From an uncultured Thermoanaerobaculia bacterium (lineage in GTDB: Bacteria; Acidobacteriota; UBA4820; DSQY01), in contig CAZPSH010000001.1 of assembly GCA_964589625.1 (NCBI GenBank), forward strand, positions 45,862 to 109,861: 64,000 nt of DNA. The letters run 5' to 3'. Position 1 is the first letter of the stretch. Each line of letters starts with the position of its first letter. This document shows positions 58,665-64,000 of this stretch, piece by piece. The notes below the pieces were generated by a model that searched no databases, had not been told where the DNA came from, and worked only from the letters and a program-made list of their open reading frames with translations. The position numbers and the translations under genes were made by a program.

Positions 58665-59577
58665 GGTTCCGGGCTGGCTTCTCGAAGGCGCATCGGGTGC
58701 GGGGGCAGGCCGGGTGGGGGGGACGCGCGCGGCTCGCGCGAGAACCGAGGGCCTCAGACGGGCTCTTCTCGCCTTGTCCGGCCTTTGGACCCACACGGAG
58801 GACCGGCCCCGCTCGGGTCTCTTCGCGCTTGCCGATCGCGTTGGCCCCGCTTCGCTCGTGGCCACCGTGCTGGTCGGGATCCTGGCGGTGGCGACCGCTC
58901 GGACTCCCATCCTCCTCGGAGGCCTTCTGGCGGTGCCCCTCGGGGGGCTTCTCGCCAGCGGAGGCGGGCGGGGCCGGCCCGCCGCCCTCGTGGTGGCTTC
59001 CGCTCTCTTCTCGTCCATCGTTGCCTTTCCCGCTCTTTTCGCCTGGATCTCTCCGGGTCAGGTTCTGTTCCCGCCTTCCGCGCAGGCGGAGGGGGGGGCA
59101 CCTCCCTGGGCCGTCACGGGCACGGGAGTCTACCTGGCGGGGCGGCTCGTGTTGCGATCCACGGGATCCGTCGCCTGGATCGCCCTCCTGGGGCATTTGT
59201 TGCCCTTCGATGGCGTCCTGAAGGGCCTCGCGGCTTGGCGGGTTCCATCCCTCCTGCTTGCCCTCTTGTCCATGGGGCACAGATACCTGGAGGTCCTGTC
59301 CCGATGCGCCCAGGAGATTCACCTGGCCCGGCTCAGCCGGACCCTCTCCAGCGGCGGTCTCCGGGAGGAGCAAGCCTGGGTAGGGGCGGGCGTGGGCAGC
59401 CTTTTCCGGAGGACCCGGCGCCTGGCGGAGGAGGTTGCCCTCGCCATGGTTTCGCGGGGCTGCACGGCGGAGGCCCCCCAGTTGGTCGGTATATCACCGC
59501 TTGCACCGAAGGCGCTCCTCTTGCCCGCGGCCTCGGCGGGGCTCGCGCTTTTTCTGCTCTGGTTGGAGAGACAATGA
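58657..59577 (+). CDS. nikQ: ECF transporter T component (NikQ/CbiQ)
   Basis: Multi-TM, HRYL, ARLSR, AMVSRG. Confidence 0.85.
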   Translation: MAEVPGWLLEGASGAGAGRVGGTRAARARTEGLRRALLALSGLWTHTEDRPRSGLFALADRVGPASLVATVLVGILAVATARTPILLGGLLAVPLGGLLASGGGRGRPAALVVASALFSSIVAFPALFAWISPGQVLFPPSAQAEGGAPPWAVTGTGVYLAGRLVLRSTGSVAWIALLGHLLPFDGVLKGLAAWRVPSLLLALLSMGHRYLEVLSRCAQEIHLARLSRTLSSGGLREEQAWVGAGVGSLFRRTRRLAEEVALAMVSRGCTAEAPQLVGISPLAPKALLLPAASAGLALFLLWLERQ

Positions 59578-60407
59578 ACGACCTCGAAAAGTGGCCTCTC
59601 TTTGAGGTAAGGGGAGTGACCTTCGCCTACCCCGGCCGCCCGCCGAGCCTGGAGGAGGTCTCCTTCACCGTGGGGAAGGGTGAGCGGGTGGCCCTTCTGG
59701 GCGCAAACGGGTCGGGCAAGACCACGCTCCTCCTCCTGCTCGACGGGCTCTACTTCCCCAACAAGGGCCGGGTCTATTTCGAAGGGGATCCCATCGAGGC
59801 CCAAACGCTGGAAGGGAAAGAGGCGGGGCGCGCCTTCCGGAGGCGAGTGGGCCTCCTCTTCCAGAACCCGGACGCCCAGCTCTTCAGCCCTTCGGTGGCG
59901 GATGAACTGTCCTTCGCCCCGAGACAGCTGGGCCTCCCGGCCGAAGAGGCCGCGGATCGGGTGGAGTCCGTCTTGACATTGATGGAGATCTCGAATCTGC
60001 GGGACCGCCCGCCCCAGAGCCTCAGCGCCGGAGAGAAGAAGCGCGTGGCCCTGGCTTCCCTCCTCACGGCGGGTCCCTCGGTGCTCCTTCTGGATGAGCC
60101 CACGGCGGGGCTCGACCCGCGAAGCCAGTCACGCCTTCTCGATATCCTGGAACACCTTCACGAGGCGGGCCTCACCCTGGTCACGGCCACCCACGAGCTT
60201 CTCCTGTTGCCGCACCTTGCGGACAGGGCCGTAGTCTTGTCTCCGGACCACCGACTCGTCGCCGACGCCGCGGCGGAGGCGGTCCTGGCGGACCTCCCCC
60301 TGTTGGATAGCGCCAATTTGATCCACGTCCACTCGCACCGCCACGGGAACGTTCTCCACCGCCACCCCCATCTCCACTGGGCCGGCCATCACCACGGGGA
60401 GCATTGA
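59574..60407 (+). CDS. nikO: ECF transporter ATPase (NikO/CbiO) with His-rich tail
   Basis: GANGSGKT, FQNPDAQLF, LSAGEKKRVA, LDEPTAGLD; HVHSHRH...HRHPHLH...HHHGEH. Confidence 0.92.
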   Translation: MNDLEKWPLFEVRGVTFAYPGRPPSLEEVSFTVGKGERVALLGANGSGKTTLLLLLDGLYFPNKGRVYFEGDPIEAQTLEGKEAGRAFRRRVGLLFQNPDAQLFSPSVADELSFAPRQLGLPAEEAADRVESVLTLMEISNLRDRPPQSLSAGEKKRVALASLLTAGPSVLLLDEPTAGLDPRSQSRLLDILEHLHEAGLTLVTATHELLLLPHLADRAVVLSPDHRLVADAAAEAVLADLPLLDSANLIHVHSHRHGNVLHRHPHLHWAGHHHGEH

Positions 60408-60452
60408 GAGCGAACCGCGTCCCTCGGGAGGCCGCAAGAGGGGTTCCCCAAC

Positions 60453-60481
60453 TTGACCTACCCGTCTGGATTCGCTATAAT
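60453..60481 (+). promoter_or_regulatory. Consensus sigma70 promoter of the tRNA gene
   Basis: TTGACC-17 nt-TATAAT. Confidence 0.85.
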
Positions 60482-60493
60482 TGTCCGTCTGGT

Positions 60494-60569
60494 GGGGCTA
60501 TGGCGCAGCTGGGAGCGCGCTTGAATGGCATTCAAGAGGTCGGGGGTTCGATCCCCCCTAGCTCCACCA
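60494..60569 (+). tRNA. tRNA-Ala(GGC)
   Basis: 76-nt cloverleaf, anticodon arm CTTGA-ATGGCAT-TCAAG, TTCGATC T-loop, encoded CCA. Confidence 0.98.
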
Positions 60570-60605
60570 AAAAAATCTCCCGCCCTTGTGTGACGGGCGA
60601 TCCGG

Positions 60606-60632
60606 CGCCGGAGAGAGATCTCCGGCGTTTTT
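60606..60632 (+). terminator. Intrinsic terminator after the tRNA
   Basis: CGCCGGAGA-GAGA-TCTCCGGCG followed by TTTTT. Confidence 0.85.
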
Positions 60633-60699
60633 CATAGAAAAAGGATGGTCCGTGGGTCGCCGCGCGGCACGCGGCGGATCTTGAGGGAGGCGGACGGGA

Positions 60700-62361
60700 G
60701 TGGGCGTTCGATGGGTCGCGCAATCGGGGATGGAGGGCCGCCGGGCCGAGATCGCGCTCCGGTTCGGACTCTCCCGAACGGCCGCGCTTCTCCTGGCCGT
60801 TCGCTTCCCTGACGACGAGGGGCTCGCCGAGTACCTGGACCCCTCTCGGGTCGAGTGGCCCGACCCCCTGCGCATCCCCGACTTGAAGGAAGCGGCGGAC
60901 CGCGTCGCCCGCGCCGTTAAGGCGGGCGAGAAAATCTTCGTCCACGGGGACTACGACGTGGACGGGCTCATGGGGGCCGCGGTCCTCGTAGGTGCGCTCA
61001 GAACCCTGGGGGCCTCTCCCGACGTGTACATCCCGTCGCGCTTCGAGGGGGGATACGGGCTCTCCGAGGCCAGCGTGGCCGCGGCCCTCGCGGCGGCGTC
61101 ATCCCTGGTTCTCACGACGGATTGCGGCACGAACGCAAGGGAGGCGGGCGCCGATCTGGAGAGGCGCGGGGTGGACCTCGTCGTAACGGACCACCACGTG
61201 CCCGCCGCGGGCCAGCAGCCTCCCGGGTTGATCGTCAATCCCCACATGGAGCCGGACCACGCCGATAGGGCCCTCTGCGGAACCCTCGTGGCGCTCCAAC
61301 TCGTCCGCCGCATAGGGGACATCTTGGGGCGCCCCCTGAACCTGGAGCCCTTCGTGCGGCTCGGCGCCATCGCCACCGTTGCGGACGTCAGCCCCTTGAC
61401 GCCCCTCAACCGACGCGTCTGCCGGGAAGGATTCGCGGCCCTCGCCACGACGCCCAATCTGGCCCTGGCGAGGATGTTCAAAGCCGCCGGCGCCGACGGC
61501 CGGATCATGGGCCACCACATCGCCTTCCACATCGCGCCGCGGTTCAATGCCGCCGGGCGCATCGAGGATGCCCGCCTCGTGCTCGACCTGCTCCTGGAGA
61601 GGGACCCCGCCCGGGCCGCGGCCCTGTCTGGCCGCCTCGAGGGCCTCAACCGGAGGAGGCGGGCCCTGCAGGCCGCCGCCTACGACGACGCCTCGGCGAG
61701 GGTCCGGGAGGCCGCCGAGGGTCCCGTCCTCTTCGTGGCGTCGGGACGCTGGCACCGGGGTGTCCTGGGGCCCGTGGCGGCCCGTCTCGCAGAGTCCTTC
61801 CGGAAGAGCGCCTTCGTCGTGTCCGTGGAAGGGGGAATCGGAACCGGTTCCGCCCGCTCGTGGGGGGGCGAAAACGTCGTGGCGCTGCTCGATCGCTGCT
61901 CGGATCTGCTTCTTCGGTACGGGGGGCACGGGGGCGCGGCGGGGTTCAGCGTCGAGGCGGACAAAATCGCCGACTTGGAGGAGAGGGTTCAGGCGGAGGC
62001 CGCCGAAAGACCGCTCGAAGCATCCGCGCCGTGCATGTATGTTCCGATCCATCCCGAGGACATCCCGGCGCTATGGGACGCGTGGGAGGTCATGGACCCC
62101 TTCGGCCCGCTCAACGACGAGCCCACGGTGGGAATCGAGGGGCTGTACGCCAAGGGGTGCCGCGTGCTCAACGGAAAGCACCTCATGTGGGAGGCGGAAG
62201 CGACGGGCGGCGGGCGGCTCACGGTGATCGCCTGGGACGGGTTGAACCGGGGCCTGAGTCCTTCCTCCCTGACGCCCTCGGCGCTCGTCATCGGAAAACC
62301 CGCGCCCGAACAGAGGCCCGTGACGCTTCCCTTCTACCTGAACCTGCTCGATATCTGCTGA
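60700..62361 (+). CDS. recJ: Single-stranded DNA exonuclease RecJ
   Basis: HGDYDVDG, TDCG, TDHH, TVADV, PRFNAAGR, GGHGGAAG. Confidence 0.93.
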   Translation: MGVRWVAQSGMEGRRAEIALRFGLSRTAALLLAVRFPDDEGLAEYLDPSRVEWPDPLRIPDLKEAADRVARAVKAGEKIFVHGDYDVDGLMGAAVLVGALRTLGASPDVYIPSRFEGGYGLSEASVAAALAAASSLVLTTDCGTNAREAGADLERRGVDLVVTDHHVPAAGQQPPGLIVNPHMEPDHADRALCGTLVALQLVRRIGDILGRPLNLEPFVRLGAIATVADVSPLTPLNRRVCREGFAALATTPNLALARMFKAAGADGRIMGHHIAFHIAPRFNAAGRIEDARLVLDLLLERDPARAAALSGRLEGLNRRRRALQAAAYDDASARVREAAEGPVLFVASGRWHRGVLGPVAARLAESFRKSAFVVSVEGGIGTGSARSWGGENVVALLDRCSDLLLRYGGHGGAAGFSVEADKIADLEERVQAEAAERPLEASAPCMYVPIHPEDIPALWDAWEVMDPFGPLNDEPTVGIEGLYAKGCRVLNGKHLMWEAEATGGGRLTVIAWDGLNRGLSPSSLTPSALVIGKPAPEQRPVTLPFYLNLLDIC

Positions 62362-62463
62362 CGGGGGTGGCGTGCCCCACTTCCCGCAGGGGCCGAAGGA
62401 GGCCCCTTCCTACGCGCGGAGGCCATGGGGTAGACTCCACGCCTGTCTACGAGAGGAACGAAC

Positions 62464-64000
62464 ATGCCGAAATGGGTCTTTTTCTTCGGGAACGGGAAGG
62501 CGGAGGGTCACGGGAAGCAGAAGGAGCTTCTCGGCGGCAAGGGGGCCGGGCTTGCGGAGATGACGAACCTTGGCATCCCGGTCCCTCCGGGTTTCACCAT
62601 CACGACCGAGGTGTGCACCTATTTCTACGCCAACGGCCGCACCTACCCGGCCGACCTTCGGGCGCAGGTGGAGGAGGCCCTTGCCGGCGTCGAGGGCATC
62701 ATGGGGCGGACCTTCGGGGATCCGGCCAACCCGTTGCTGTTTTCGGTCCGCTCGGGGGCCCGGGCCAGCATGCCGGGCATGATGGACACGGTCCTCAACC
62801 TCGGCCTCAACGACGCCACGGTGGAGGGCCTGGCGACTCGGACGGGCAACCCCCGTTTCGCCTGGGACTCCTATCGCCGCTTCGTGGCCATGTACGGAGA
62901 CGTGGTCCTCGGGCTCAAACCGGTGGACAAGAAGGAGGAGGATCCCTTCGAGGTGATCCTCGAGAAGGTCAAGCACGAGGCCGGCGCCCGGTTTGACACG
63001 GACCTCGGCGCAGAAGACCTCCGGCGCCTCGTAACCCTTTTCAAGGACGAGATCAAGGCGCGGGTGGGCGTCGATTTCCCGGAGGACCCGAGGGAACAGC
63101 TGTGGGGCGCCATCGGAGCCGTCTTCGGCTCGTGGATGAATGACCGCGCCATCGCGTACCGCAAGCTGTACGACATCCCCGGGGACTGGGGCACGGCCGT
63201 CAACGTCCAGACCATGGTCTTCGGCAACCTGGGAGACACATCGGGCACGGGCGTGGGTTTCACGCGGGATCCGGCCTTGGGCGAGAACCGGATGTACGGC
63301 GAGTTCCTCATGAACGCGCAGGGCGAGGACGTGGTGGCGGGCATCCGCACACCCAGGCCCATCGCGGAGCTCGGACAGGTTCTCCCCCAGGCCTACGAGC
63401 AGCTCGTGGGCATCCGGAACACCATCGAAAGGCACTTCCGGGATATGCAGGACTTCGAGTTCACCATCGAGGAGGGGCGGCTCTGGATGCTGCAAACCCG
63501 CACGGGAAAGCGCCACCCCTTCGCGGCGGCCCGGATGGCGGTGGACATGGAGGCCGAGGGCCTTATCTCGGAGAAGGAGGCTGTTCTCAGGCCCGAGGCC
63601 GACGGCATCGCCGCCTTTCTGTCGCCCATCTTCGACGCAGGCGCCAAGCTCCAAGCCGTTCGGGAGAAGCGCATCGTGGCCAAGGGACTCCCTGCGGGGC
63701 CGGGTGGCGCCTCGGGCCGGGTCGTGTTCAACGCCGTGGACGCGGAGGCGTGGGCCAAGCGGGGCGAGAAGGTCCTCCTGGTCCGCAAGTTCACGAGCCC
63801 CGAGGACATCCGCGGCATGAACGCCGCCCAGGGGATCCTTACGGCCATGGGCGGAATGACCTCCCACGCGGCCCTGGTGGCCCGCCAGATGGGGAAGGTC
63901 TGCATCGTCGGGTGCGGAGCCCTCGACATCGACTATGCCAAAGGGGAAATGCAGGTAGGGGATAGCGTCATCCGAGAGGGGGACTGGCTCTCCATTGACG
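62464..64000 (+). CDS. ppdK: Pyruvate, phosphate dikinase (3' end runs off the window; not in the ORF track)
   Basis: [44 protein letters not shown] phospho-His motif. Confidence 0.97.
   Translation, partial: MPKWVFFFGNGKAEGHGKQKELLGGKGAGLAEMTNLGIPVPPGFTITTEVCTYFYANGRTYPADLRAQVEEALAGVEGIMGRTFGDPANPLLFSVRSGARASMPGMMDTVLNLGLNDATVEGLATRTGNPRFAWDSYRRFVAMYGDVVLGLKPVDKKEEDPFEVILEKVKHEAGARFDTDLGAEDLRRLVTLFKDEIKARVGVDFPEDPREQLWGAIGAVFGSWMNDRAIAYRKLYDIPGDWGTAVNVQTMVFGNLGDTSGTGVGFTRDPALGENRMYGEFLMNAQGEDVVAGIRTPRPIAELGQVLPQAYEQLVGIRNTIERHFRDMQDFEFTIEEGRLWMLQTRTGKRHPFAAARMAVDMEAEGLISEKEAVLRPEADGIAAFLSPIFDAGAKLQAVREKRIVAKGLPAGPGGASGRVVFNAVDAEAWAKRGEKVLLVRKFTSPEDIRGMNAAQGILTAMGGMTSHAALVARQMGKVCIVGCGALDIDYAKGEMQVGDSVIREGDWLSID

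Noticed and set aside
53760-60569. Genomic island between tmRNA and tRNA-Ala
   Set aside because: No integrase and no duplicated att fragment beyond the shared CTCCACCA acceptor end

Overview
High-GC bacterial chromosome window, probably Acidobacteriota-like (inference from gene order such as accB-accC-thiE and from protein style). It has about 57 genes, a tmRNA and a tRNA-Ala(GGC). No CRISPR array, integrase or transposase was seen. Core genes: ligA, accBC, thiE, queDEC, scpA, mlaEFD, ugd, trmB, ppk2, recJ and a 3'-truncated ppdK. Accessory modules: (i) a co-oriented nitrogen-oxide cluster (Rrf2, hemerythrin, qNOR, cupin, AlgE-type porin, nrfH, nrfA with a CXXCH heme-1 motif, and an octaheme HAO-like cytochrome), with two broken genes at its downstream end; (ii) a MoxR/DUF58/Bat VWA operon; (iii) a Ser/Thr kinase-YihY-HD-GYP-diguanylate cyclase signalling operon; (iv) a TonB receptor plus NikMNQO-type ECF transporter behind a NikR-like operator. 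The best novelty candidate is the ~55-nt queD leader. It can fold into an H-type pseudoknot whose loop pairs with the Shine-Dalgarno, it has a mutually exclusive alternative fold, and it does not match the preQ1 riboswitch classes I recognise. Start codons were refined by eye from RBS and stop/start overlaps. All structure, promoter and operator calls were made by manual inspection and have not been computed.
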